Shown here piece by piece: positions 1 to 8,761 of a DNA stretch of 39,838 nt. The DNA lies in assembly GCA_964555565.1 (NCBI GenBank), contig CAZKTF010000006.1:1-39838 (forward strand), written 5' to 3'. Within the stretch, counting starts at the first letter, position 1; every line of letters starts with the position of its first letter. A model generated the notes under the pieces. It searched no databases and was not told the DNA's origin. It saw nothing but the letters and a program-made list of their open reading frames with translations. The position numbers were made by a program, and so were the translations under genes. Source of the stretch: an uncultured Planctomycetota bacterium. Lineage in GTDB: Bacteria > Planctomycetota > JAJSAM01 > JAKLKS01.

Positions 1-48
1 AGAAAGCGCCCCACCGCCCGTAAGATGCTTGGCCGCGTCGACCATACC

Positions 49-118
49 AGGGGCGAGGGGAGGGAGAGAGGCGGCGAGCCCCATCCCATACCCCTAGCCT
101 TGCCCGTACCCCTACCCG
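49..118. repeat. Imperfect inverted pair of purine-rich / pyrimidine-rich ~6-nt arrays
   Basis: GGGGCGAGGGGAGGGAGAGAGG followed by CCCATCCCATACCCCTAGCCTTGCCCGTACCCCTACCC; same architecture as 5177-5268. Confidence 0.5.
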
Positions 119-156
119 CCGGTCGCCGTCGGGCGGGGAAGAGGCCCCCGCTCGCC

Positions 157-1374
157 CTACATCAGGGCCGACTGGAGCTTCAGGATGGGGTAGAACACGG
201 CCAGCACGACGGCGCCCACGAGGACGCCCATGATCCCGATCATGATGGGCTCGATGAGGCTCGTGAGGCCCTTGACCGACGCCTCGACCTGCTCGTCGTA
301 GAAGATCGAGATCTTCTCGAGCAGGGTCTCGAGCGCGCCCGACCGCTCGCCGATGGAGATCATCTTGCACACCATGGGCGGGAAGACGGTGGCGCGGGAC
401 AGGGGCTCCGCCAGGGTGTTGCCCTGCTTGACGCTCTCCCGCGCCGAGTCGATGGCCCGCATCAGGACCCGGTTGCCGGAGGTCGCGCTCACGATCTCCA
501 GCGCCCCGAGGATCGGCACGCCGGACTTGATGAGCGTGGCGAAGGTCTTCGCGAAGCGGGAGATCGCGACCTTCTGGAAGAGCTGCCCGAAGGCGGGCAT
601 ATGGAGGAGGAACCAGTCCCACTGGTAGGCGCCGCGCGCGGTCTTCTTCCAGACCCGGAAGGCGATGACGATCGCGACGATCACACCGATGAGGACGTAG
701 TACTGCGTGGTCAGGAAATCGGAGACCGCCAGGGTCACCTTGGTGATCCCGGGCAGCTCGAGGGGGTTCCCGTTCTTGTCGGTGATCTGCTTGAAGATGA
801 CGCCGAACTGCGGGACGATCGCCGTCATGAGGAACAGGGTGATGCCGACGATCATGCACAGGGACACGACCGGGTAGGTCATGGCCGCCTTGATCTCGCG
901 CCTCAGCTTCTCGGCCTCCTCCATGTAGCCCGCCAGGCGCACGAGGATGTCGTCGATCTGGCCGGAGACCTCGCCCGCCTTGATCATGGCGAGGTAGATG
1001 TTGGAGAAGACGGTCGGGAACTTCCCCATGGCCGCGGACAGGTCGGAGCCCGCGCGGATGTCCTCCACGACGCGGTCGAGGACGATGGCGAACCGGGGGT
1101 TCGAGGTCTGGGCGTGGAGGATCTCCAGGGCCTCCATGAGCGGGATGCCCGCGCCGATCATGGTCGCGAGCTGCCGCGTGAAGATGACCAGGTCCTCCAT
1201 GGAGGCCCCGGGCCGCACCGCGCCGAACCCGCGGGTCTTCGCGACCTTGACGGAGATGTTCTGGAGGTTCCGTCGCTTGAGCTCCGCCGTCGCCTCGTCC
1301 GCGCTGCGGGCGTTCACCATCCCCGACTCCGCGCGCCCCGCCGGGGTCTTCGCCGAATACTGGAACTTGGCCAT
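157..1374 (-). CDS. pilC: Type IV pilus inner-membrane platform protein (T2SS F family)
   Basis: FTRQLATMIGAGIPL, AGEVSGQID, KAAMTYP, IGERSGALE and EPIMI motifs; follows pilB. Confidence 0.95.
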   Translation of the reverse strand: MAKFQYSAKTPAGRAESGMVNARSADEATAELKRRNLQNISVKVAKTRGFGAVRPGASMEDLVIFTRQLATMIGAGIPLMEALEILHAQTSNPRFAIVLDRVVEDIRAGSDLSAAMGKFPTVFSNIYLAMIKAGEVSGQIDDILVRLAGYMEEAEKLRREIKAAMTYPVVSLCMIVGITLFLMTAIVPQFGVIFKQITDKNGNPLELPGITKVTLAVSDFLTTQYYVLIGVIVAIVIAFRVWKKTARGAYQWDWFLLHMPAFGQLFQKVAISRFAKTFATLIKSGVPILGALEIVSATSGNRVLMRAIDSARESVKQGNTLAEPLSRATVFPPMVCKMISIGERSGALETLLEKISIFYDEQVEASVKGLTSLIEPIMIGIMGVLVGAVVLAVFYPILKLQSALM

Positions 1375-1413
1375 GTCCCTCCCCCTGTCCTCCCGGTCCC
1401 GGTCGGCCCGGCC

Positions 1414-3192
1414 CTAGGCCGGGACCTCCAACGCGTCCTCGGCGCCCTTCTTCTTCTTCATCATCGCCGACGGCGTCTTGTCGGCCAGGGTCGATCGGAG
1501 CACTTCCTCGAGGCTCGTCTTCCCCTTCAAAGCGCTGAGCAGGGCCACGCGGCGCAGCGTCATCATCCCCTGCTCGACGGCCTTGTTCTTGATGTCGATG
1601 GAGGAGCCGCCCTCGATGACGACCCGCTTGACCTCCTCGGTCATCGGGAGGGTCTCGAGGACGCCGAAGCGCCCCTTGTAGCCGTTGGTGCACATGGGGC
1701 ACCCCACGGCCTGCTTGAGCTGGACCCCCGCCTTGACCTCCTCCAGGGTGAACCCCGCCTCGAGCAGGCGCTCCGCCGGCAGGGGCTCGGCGTCCTTCAC
1801 GCACTGCGCGCAGACCCTGCGGAGGAGGCGCTGGGCGGAGCAGAGGAGCAGGGCCGACGACACCATGAAGGGATCGACGCCCATGTCCACGATGCGCGTG
1901 ATGGTGCCCGGGGCGTCGTTGGTGTGCAGGGTCGAGAGCACCAGGTGCCCCGTGAGGGCGGCCCTGATCGCGATCTCGACGGTCTCCTGGTCGCGGATCT
2001 CGCCGATCATCACGATGTCCGGGTCCTGGCGCAGGATCGAGCGCAGGGCCGCGGCGAAGGTGAGCCCGCGCTTCACGTTCACCGGGACCTGGTTCACGCC
2101 CTCGAGCTGGTACTCGACCGGGTCCTCGACCGTGACGAAGTTGTCCTCGTCGCAGAGGAGCTCCTTCACCGCGGAGTAGAGCGTCGTGGACTTGCCCGAG
2201 CCCGTGGGTCCGGTGACGAGCACCATCCCGTAGGGGGCGTTGATGGCCGCGCGGAAGTCGGCCAGGGCCTTCTCCTCCAGGCCCAGCTTGGCCAGGTCGA
2301 GCATCAGGTTGCCGGAGTCGAGGAGGCGCGCGCAGACCTTCTCGCCGTGGATGAGCGGGAGGATCGACACGCGGAAGTCCACCTGGCGGCCCTCGGCCTT
2401 CATCTGGAACTTGCCGTCCTGGGGCTTGCGCCGCTCGGCGATGTCCAGGTCCGCCATGATCTTGATCCTGGAGATCACGGCGTTGTGCATCTTCCGCGGG
2501 ATCCCGGGCTGGACCTCGCGCAGCACGCCGCCGTTGCGGAACCGCACGCGGGTGCGCTTCTCCAGGGGCTCGATGTGGATGTCCGACGCCTTCTCCTTGA
2601 TGGCGGCGGCGATCATCATGTTGACGTACTTCACCACGGGGGAGTCGGCGTCGGAGACCGCGTTGAGATCGACCTTCTCGTCCTCCTCGTTCGAATCCTG
2701 GAGCTCGACGTCGGCGTCCTTCTCGATGGAGGACATCATGTCCTCCATGGCCTGCTTGTCCTGGTTGTAGGCCCGCTCGATGGCCTTCTTGAGGGGCTCC
2801 TCGAGGGTGAGGACAAGGCGGAGGTCGCAGCCGGTGATGATCCGGATGTCGTCCAGCTTGACCACGTCGTAGGGGTTGGAGACCGCGAGCGTCAGGATGT
2901 TGCCGATCCGGCTCACGGGGAACACCCCGTGCATCTTGGCCAGGTCCTCGCTCAGGCTCTCCAGGACCTTCTTCTCGGGGACGTACCCCTCCAGATCGAT
3001 GGGCGGGTACTTCACGTGGTCCGCCACGGTCCCGAGGAGGTCGCGCTCGCTCAGCCACCCCTGCTTGACGATGATCGAGGAGAGCGCCGCGTTCTCCTTC
3101 TCGGCGAGCTCGATCCCCTTCAGGACCTGCTCCTCGGGGAGCGACTTGGAGTCCTTGAGGATCTTCGCCAGCCCGCGGTTGAACGAGACCAT
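1414..3192 (-). CDS. pilB: Type IV pilus assembly ATPase (GspE/PilB family)
   Basis: ASDIHIEP, DIAERRKPQDG, Walker A GPTGSGKST, LRQDPDIVMIGEIRD, TGHLVLSTLHTN, Zn-binding CxxC...CxxC. Confidence 0.95.
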   Translation of the reverse strand: MVSFNRGLAKILKDSKSLPEEQVLKGIELAEKENAALSSIIVKQGWLSERDLLGTVADHVKYPPIDLEGYVPEKKVLESLSEDLAKMHGVFPVSRIGNILTLAVSNPYDVVKLDDIRIITGCDLRLVLTLEEPLKKAIERAYNQDKQAMEDMMSSIEKDADVELQDSNEEDEKVDLNAVSDADSPVVKYVNMMIAAAIKEKASDIHIEPLEKRTRVRFRNGGVLREVQPGIPRKMHNAVISRIKIMADLDIAERRKPQDGKFQMKAEGRQVDFRVSILPLIHGEKVCARLLDSGNLMLDLAKLGLEEKALADFRAAINAPYGMVLVTGPTGSGKSTTLYSAVKELLCDEDNFVTVEDPVEYQLEGVNQVPVNVKRGLTFAAALRSILRQDPDIVMIGEIRDQETVEIAIRAALTGHLVLSTLHTNDAPGTITRIVDMGVDPFMVSSALLLCSAQRLLRRVCAQCVKDAEPLPAERLLEAGFTLEEVKAGVQLKQAVGCPMCTNGYKGRFGVLETLPMTEEVKRVVIEGGSSIDIKNKAVEQGMMTLRRVALLSALKGKTSLEEVLRSTLADKTPSAMMKKKKGAEDALEVPA

Positions 3193-3213
3193 GCCCCGCC
3201 CTCCCTCCTCCCG

Positions 3214-4278
3214 CTACGACCGAGCGAGGAGGCGCTTGAGGTCCTCCTGGTCCGAGGTCCGCGTCATCGCGTCCTCGAGGCTGATGGCGCCCGCCTTCAC
3301 GAGGTTCGCCAGCGACTGGTTCATGGTGGCCATCCCCAGCTTCCCGCCGGTCTGGATGATGGAGTAGATCTGGTGCGCCTTGTCGTCGCGGATGAGGGCC
3401 CGGACGGCGGGGTTGGCGATCATGATCTCCGACGCGAGGCAGCGGCCCTTGCCCCCCACCTTCGGGACGAGCTGCTGGCAGAACACGCCCACCAGGGAGA
3501 ACGCGAGCTGGGTCCGGATCTGCTGCTGCTGGAAGGCGGGGAAGACGTCCACGATGCGGTTGATGGTCTGGACCGTGTCGCTCGTGTGCAGGGTGCCGAA
3601 GGTGAGGTGGCCGGTCTCGGCCAAGGTGAGGGCGGCCTCGATCGTCTCCTGGTCGCGCATCTCGCCCACGAGCACGACGTCCGGGTCCTGCCGCAGGACC
3701 GAGCGCAGCGCCTGCTTGAACCCCTTCGTGTCGGCCCCGACCTCGCGCTGGTTGAAGAGGCAGTTCTTGTTGCGGTGGAGGAACTCGATCGGGTCCTCGA
3801 TCGTGATGATGTGGCAGTACTCGTGCTCGTTGATGTGGTTGATCATCGCCGCGAGGGTCGTGGACTTGCCCGAGCCCGTGGCGCCGGTGACCAGGATGAG
3901 CCCCTTGGGCTCGTTGCACAACCCGATGCAGACTTCCTCGGGGAGGCCGAGCTGCTGGAAGTTCTTGATCTCGAAGGGGATGATCCGCAGCACGGCCCCC
4001 ACCGCGCCCCGCTGCTGGAAGACGTTGACGCGGAAGCGCCCGAGGCCGTCCACGCCGAAGGAGAGGTCGAGCTCCAGCTCCCTCTCGAAGCGCGCGATCT
4101 GGTCGCTCGTCAGGAACGAGTAGATGATCTTCTGCGTCATGTCCGGCGTGAGCATCTCGTGCTCGGTGGAGACCAGCTTGCCGTCGATGCGGACCTTGGG
4201 GGGCGCGCCGGCCGTCACGTGCAGGTCGGAGCCGCGCCTCTGCACCATGAGCTGGAGGAGCTCTTCGATCGTGACCAA
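3214..4278 (-). CDS. pilT: Type IV pilus retraction ATPase
   Basis: GSDLH, RFRVNVF, GATGSGKSTT, LRQDPDVVLVGEMRD, TGHLTFGTLHT, AVRALIRD; TTG start at 4278 with AGGAGG RBS. Confidence 0.95.
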   Translation of the reverse strand: MVTIEELLQLMVQRRGSDLHVTAGAPPKVRIDGKLVSTEHEMLTPDMTQKIIYSFLTSDQIARFERELELDLSFGVDGLGRFRVNVFQQRGAVGAVLRIIPFEIKNFQQLGLPEEVCIGLCNEPKGLILVTGATGSGKSTTLAAMINHINEHEYCHIITIEDPIEFLHRNKNCLFNQREVGADTKGFKQALRSVLRQDPDVVLVGEMRDQETIEAALTLAETGHLTFGTLHTSDTVQTINRIVDVFPAFQQQQIRTQLAFSLVGVFCQQLVPKVGGKGRCLASEIMIANPAVRALIRDDKAHQIYSIIQTGGKLGMATMNQSLANLVKAGAISLEDAMTRTSDQEDLKRLLARS

Positions 4279-4354
4279 AGTCGGCCTCCTTCGTTGCCTG
4301 CCCGCCGCGCCGTCCACGCGAGAGTAACCCGTGGGGGCCCCCGCGGTTAGGTCT

Positions 4355-4383
4355 AGAGTACCACCCCGCCGGGGGCACGGCAA
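4355..4383 (-). promoter_or_regulatory. Putative sigma70 promoter for pilT-pilB-pilC
   Basis: TTGCCG-17 bp-TACTCT on the minus strand. Confidence 0.45.
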
Positions 4384-4393
4384 CGCCTGAGGG

Positions 4394-4504
4394 GGGGTCA
4401 GACCTCACGGAGCAGAGGGGTCAGACCCCAGTCGTTTGCAAACGCTGGGGAGCGACACGACGGGGGGTGAGGCCGCTGTTTGCAAACGCCCGAGGTCTGA
4501 CCCC
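4394..4504. repeat. REP/MITE-like element, subfamily A (GGGGTCAGACCCC ends, GTTTGCAAAC palindromes)
   Basis: 4412-4504 is a close reverse-complement copy of 32697-32788. Confidence 0.85.
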
Positions 4505-4551
4505 CGGTGCTTGAGGAGGCCCAGGGCCGCCTCGAAGCCGCCGTTTATCGC

Positions 4552-4581
4552 TTGACCCCCGGGGCGCGCCCCCGCTAGCGT
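4552..4581 (+). promoter_or_regulatory. Putative sigma70 promoter
   Basis: TTGACC-18 bp-TAGCGT upstream of the 4642 gene. Confidence 0.4.
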
Positions 4582-4641
4582 AGTCGGTACGTGGACCGGG
4601 CTGTCCGCGGACCTAGGAACGCGAAAGGAGGACGGAAGCCG

Positions 4642-5106
4642 ATGAGGAAGACCCTGTCGCTCGTCCTGTCTGCGCTGCTCGCGGCATCGACGCTCCCCGG
4701 CTGCGTCCTCACGCCGTTCGACAAGGACCGCCGCCAGGTCTCCGAGTGGGACTGGGAGATGATCAAGTTCAGCTCCATCCAGGACGTCCCGCAGTCCTTC
4801 TTCGGGTGCGTCTGCGCGGTCCCCGCGTGGCTCGTGGACGCGGTCATCGTGAACTCCATCGACTCTTACAAGGGCGCCGTGCTCGACACCCACTACACGA
4901 ACTGGCAGGACCAGAAGGAGGGGGAGGCCCAGTCCTTCGTGAAGGCGAAGCCCCGCACCTGGGGGAGCCTGCTCCTCCTGCCCCTCGACTTCGCGTGGCG
5001 GGCCAACTCCCCGGTCAACGCCGGCCCCCACGACGGGAAGCTCTGGAAGGAGTTCTGGAACGAGCACGCCGAGGTCACGACCACCACGACGGCGGACGCG
5101 AAGTAG
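4642..5106 (+). CDS. Hypothetical lipoprotein
   Basis: AAGGAGG RBS; signal peptide MRKTLSLVLSALLAASTLPG-C; GC3-biased codons; followed by a terminator. Confidence 0.8.
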   Translation: MRKTLSLVLSALLAASTLPGCVLTPFDKDRRQVSEWDWEMIKFSSIQDVPQSFFGCVCAVPAWLVDAVIVNSIDSYKGAVLDTHYTNWQDQKEGEAQSFVKAKPRTWGSLLLLPLDFAWRANSPVNAGPHDGKLWKEFWNEHAEVTTTTTADAK

Positions 5107-5112
5107 AAACCA

Positions 5113-5159
5113 GGAATCGAGAGGCCCCGGCGCGGGAGCGCCGGGGCCTCTTTGATTCC
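5113..5159 (+). terminator. Rho-independent terminator, possibly bidirectional
   Basis: AGAGGCCCCGGCGC-GGGA-GCGCCGGGGCCTCT followed by TT, between convergent genes. Confidence 0.75.
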
Positions 5160-5176
5160 GCAGGAACGGCGGACGG

Positions 5177-5268
5177 CGGGCAGGGGTAAGGGTAAGGGAA
5201 GGGTGAGGGGAACCACGGGGTCCGGCGAGGGGGCCTCTGCCCTTGCCCCTACCCTTGCCCCTACCCCT
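5177..5268. repeat. Inverted hexamer arrays (GGGTAA-like / CCCTTG-CCCCTA-like), G-quadruplex-capable
   Basis: GGGGTAAGGGTAAGGGAAGGGTGAGGGG ... CCCTTGCCCCTACCCTTGCCCCTACCCC, overlapping the fusA2 stop. Confidence 0.6.
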
Positions 5269-7306
5269 CGTCTTCCTCCAGGGGCTTCTTCGCCCTGGCG
5301 ATGATCTGCTCGGCGATGTGGGAGGGGACGGCGTCGTAGTGGTCGTGGGCCATGGAGTAGGAGCCCTCTCCCGCGGTGATGGACCTGAGCTCGGTCGAGT
5401 AGTTCGCGATCTCGGCCAGGGGGACCATCGCCTCGATGGCCTGGAGCGGCCCCCGGGTGTCCATCCCCTGGATCCGGCCCCGCCGCTTGTTGAGGTCGCC
5501 CGTGATGTCCCCCATGAAGCGGACCGGGACCACGATCTCCACCCGCATCACGGGCTCGAGGAGCGCCGGCCGCGCCTTCATGAAGCCGTCGCGGAACGCG
5601 CGGTTGGCCGCGATCTTGAAGGCCGCCTCGCTCGAGTCCACCGCGTGGTCCTTCCCGTCGTAGAGCTCTGCGGCGACGTCCACGACGGGGTAGCCCGCGA
5701 GGACGCCCGTCTCCAGGGCCTGCCGCACCCCCTTCTCGACCGCGGGGATGAACTGCCGGGGGACGGTGCCCCCGACCACGCCGTCCAGGAACTCGAAGCC
5801 CTCCCCCCGCCCCCTCGCGGTCACCCCGAGGTAACCCTCGGCCAACTGCCCCCGCCCCCCGGTCTGCTTCTTGTGGCGGTGGTGGCCGTCCCCCCGGCCC
5901 TGGACCGTCTCGCGGTAGGGGATCTTCGGGGTGCGGGTGTTCACCTCCAGGTGGAAGCGGCGCTTCAGGCGGGAGAGCGCGACCTGGAGGTGGAGCGCGC
6001 TCAGCCCCGACGCCACGCGCTCGTGGGTCTCGCGGTTCGTCTCCACCCGGAAGGTCGGGTCCTCCTCCGCGAGCTTGCCGAGGGCGGGCCCGAGCTTCTG
6101 CTCGTCCGCGGCGGCCCGGGTCTCCAGCGCGAGGGAGACCATGGGCGTGGGCCACTCCATGGGGGCGTACCGCACCGGGGAGCGGGGGTCGCAGAGGGTG
6201 TCGCCCAGCGCCGCCGTCTCCAGCTTGGACACCACGAGGATGTCCCCCGCCGTGGCCTTCGCCGCGGGGGTCTCATCCTTCCCGCGGTGGAAGTAGGCGT
6301 GGACAAGCTTCTCGTTCCGACCGACGCGGGGATTGAGGACCTCCATGCCAGTGTCGAAGTTCCCCGACAGGATGCGGAGGTAGGTGAGCTTGCCCACGAA
6401 GGGGTCGATGGCGTTCTTCCAGACCACGGCGGCGAAGGGCTCCCCGGCGTCGCGGTCCACGGGCTCCCCCTTCTCCACGTCGCGCAGGGGGTGGAGGAGG
6501 TGCCCGTCGGAGGCGGGGAGCTCCGCCACGGCGAAGTCGAGCAGCTCCGTCACGCCGATCCCCTTCTCGGCGGCCACGAAGAGGAGCGGGACCACCTTCC
6601 CGGAGCGGACGGAGACCGACAGCGCGCGGCGGAGCTCCTCGGGGGTCGGGGTCTGCCCCTCCAGGTAGCGGTTCAGGAGCTCGTCGTCGGCCTCCACGAT
6701 CCGCTCCACGAGCATCTTGGAGGCCTCCGCCTCGTCCCCGACCACGTTGTCGTGGCGGGCGGCCACGGGGAGGTGGAGGACGGAGACCACCTCGGAGACC
6801 TCGGGGCCCCGGCCGACGGGGAGGTTCACCGGGAGGACCGAGTCCCCGAAGGTCTCGCGGAGCTCCTCCACGAGTCGCGGGAGGTCCAGGTTCTCCATGT
6901 CGATCCGGGTGACCACCAGGACGCGCGCCTTGTGGGCCGCGCCGGCCGCGTCCCACATGTGGCGCGTGTTGACCGCGATCCCGCGGGAGGCGTTCACGCA
7001 GATGACGGCGGTCTCGACGGCCGCCAGGGAGGCCAGCGCCGCCCCCACGAAGTCCGGGTAGCCCGGGGTGTCCACGAGGTGGATCCGGCTCCCCTTCCAG
7101 TCGAGCCAGGCCACGGAGGCGTCGATGCTGTGCCTGCGCTCCTGCTCGTCCGCGTCGAAGTCGAAGGTCGTGCTCCCGTCCGCGACGCGGCCCACGCGCT
7201 TGCTCGCGCCCGCGGCGGCGAGCAGCGCCTCGGCGAGCGTCGTCTTGCCCGCGTCGCCGTGGCCGACGAGCGTGAGGGACCGGATCTCGGAACTGCCCGC
7301 GGCCAT
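5261..7306 (-). CDS. fusA: Elongation factor G paralog (EF-G2 / fusA2-like)
   Basis: GHGDAGKTT, DTPGYPDF, PYRET, HKKQTGGRGQ, HAVDSSEAAF, LLEPVM, GDLNKRRGRI; not in the str operon; divergent G2/G4 motifs. Confidence 0.92.
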   Translation of the reverse strand: MAAGSSEIRSLTLVGHGDAGKTTLAEALLAAAGASKRVGRVADGSTTFDFDADEQERRHSIDASVAWLDWKGSRIHLVDTPGYPDFVGAALASLAAVETAVICVNASRGIAVNTRHMWDAAGAAHKARVLVVTRIDMENLDLPRLVEELRETFGDSVLPVNLPVGRGPEVSEVVSVLHLPVAARHDNVVGDEAEASKMLVERIVEADDELLNRYLEGQTPTPEELRRALSVSVRSGKVVPLLFVAAEKGIGVTELLDFAVAELPASDGHLLHPLRDVEKGEPVDRDAGEPFAAVVWKNAIDPFVGKLTYLRILSGNFDTGMEVLNPRVGRNEKLVHAYFHRGKDETPAAKATAGDILVVSKLETAALGDTLCDPRSPVRYAPMEWPTPMVSLALETRAAADEQKLGPALGKLAEEDPTFRVETNRETHERVASGLSALHLQVALSRLKRRFHLEVNTRTPKIPYRETVQGRGDGHHRHKKQTGGRGQLAEGYLGVTARGRGEGFEFLDGVVGGTVPRQFIPAVEKGVRQALETGVLAGYPVVDVAAELYDGKDHAVDSSEAAFKIAANRAFRDGFMKARPALLEPVMRVEIVVPVRFMGDITGDLNKRRGRIQGMDTRGPLQAIEAMVPLAEIANYSTELRSITAGEGSYSMAHDHYDAVPSHIAEQIIARAKKPLEEDEG

Positions 7307-7421
7307 GGATGCCTCCTTGGAGGGGTGCCGGCGTTCGGCCGAAGGGAGGCGATCCTAGGGCGAGGGCGGGGGGGGGAGCAAGGGGGGGAAAGCGGCGGAA
7401 CGGCGGCCCCGGGCCTTCTCA

Positions 7422-7494
7422 GCACCGGGGGTCTGACCTCGGGCGCCCATAGGGTTGCGCGGCACGTCACGCGAGGCGCCCGGGGTCTGACCCC
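7422..7494. repeat. REP-like element, subfamily B (two GGGGTCTGACC motifs)
   Basis: Close reverse-complement copy of 39374-39446. Confidence 0.8.
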
Positions 7495-7692
7495 TTGGCT
7501 CTGCTTCTTGGTCCGGCGGGCGGAGCGATGGGTTGGAGTGGGCGAAGTGAGTGATAGGAGATTGGATGGGAGCCCCGCCCTGGCCGGAGTGTCGGTATGT
7601 CGGATTCAGGTCTGCTTCATGGGGACCCGCGGCGCCGTGCGCCTCGCGCCCCCTGCTGCTGCCTCCTCCCCGGTCCCCGAGGGACCGGAACC

Positions 7693-8445
7693 TTACTTCG
7701 ACTGCGCGGTCGCCGCGTCCCGCGGGACGAGGACGACGATCTCGACCCGGCGGTTCCGTGCCTTCCCCGCGGCGGTCTTGTTGTCCGCCAGCGGCTGCGT
7801 CTCGCCCCGCGACGCCGGGATGAGCCGCTCCGGCTCGAGCCCGCTGCTCTTCACCATGTAGCGGACGACACTGAGGGCCCTCTCGGCCCCCAGCTCGAAG
7901 TTGTCCACGAAGTTCGACTTGCGGATCGGGTCGGTGTCGGTGTGCCCCTCGACCCGGATGGAGTAGCCGGCGAAGCGCTCCTTCAGCTCCTTGGCCACGG
8001 CATCCACGCTCTTCTTCCCCTGGACGGCGAGGTCCTTCGAGCCCGGCGAGAACGTGATGTCGGCGGGGAGCGAGATCGCGATGTTCCCGTCCGCGGTGAC
8101 CGAGACCTTCCCGCCGCCGCCGATCTTCTCCTGCATCTGGCGGGCGGCCTCCTCGAGGTTCGCGTCCGAGGGGGCCGGGGCAGGCGCGGCGGCCGTGGCG
8201 GCCGCGGCCCTGTCCTTCAGCGCGAGGTTCTCGGACTCCAGCGTCGCGATCCGGGTCTTGGCCTCCTCGAGCTGGCTCACGGAAGCGGCCCGGGCGTTCC
8301 TCTCGTCCGAGAGCTGTCCGGACGCGTCCGCGGACTCGCGCTCCTTCTCCAGGTAGCGCTGCCTCCAGTCGGTGGAAGCGCAGCCGGTCGCTGCGAGGAC
8401 GAGGACGCCGGACGCCAGCCAGGACCCCGCGGAGCGCATCGCCAT
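7693..8445 (-). CDS. OmpA/MotB-family peptidoglycan-binding lipoprotein
   Basis: Lipobox LAATG-C, coiled coil, then F-x-PGS, VEGHTDTDPI, NFELGAERA, NRRVEI. Confidence 0.9.
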   Translation of the reverse strand: MAMRSAGSWLASGVLVLAATGCASTDWRQRYLEKERESADASGQLSDERNARAASVSQLEEAKTRIATLESENLALKDRAAAATAAAPAPAPSDANLEEAARQMQEKIGGGGKVSVTADGNIAISLPADITFSPGSKDLAVQGKKSVDAVAKELKERFAGYSIRVEGHTDTDPIRKSNFVDNFELGAERALSVVRYMVKSSGLEPERLIPASRGETQPLADNKTAAGKARNRRVEIVVLVPRDAATAQSK

Positions 8446-8571
8446 CGGTAAAACCCTCCTCGGCCTGCTCGGTCGGAGACTGAGTACCCACAGCCCGGGC
8501 GCGGCACCCGCCGCATGCCCATTCGGACGTCAGGACATCGGATCCGCGGCGGGTTTCCTTGAGCCTGTTGA

Positions 8572-8600
8572 ATTGTACGACCTCCGAGGACGGGCGTCAA
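8572..8600 (-). promoter_or_regulatory. Near-consensus sigma70 promoter for the OmpA/MotB gene
   Basis: TTGACG-17 bp-TACAAT. Confidence 0.7.
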
Positions 8601-8761
8601 GGCGAATCCACAATTTGTTGGGGACGAAAGTGGGAAAGGGCCCGACCGCTCGGGGATCGACACGGCGACGGGGGCCAGCCTCCCCGCCTCCGGCAGGCGC
8701 GACGGCACGGCGATCGAGAGTACGCCCCGGGGGGGACGGACGGGGGAGCGGCGGCGCCCGG

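Noticed and set aside
1-48. Possible minus-strand gene start MVDAAKHL at 45
   Set aside because: Too short to judge, no RBS; TATGGT could equally be a -10 box
25-4350. 1441-aa plus-strand ORF, and similar long ORFs (5243-7861, 12990-15242, 33158-36430, 33571-35823, 35820-37562)
   Set aside because: Antisense or off-frame shadows of clearly identifiable genes, caused by stop-codon scarcity at high GC; low-complexity R/G/P/H composition
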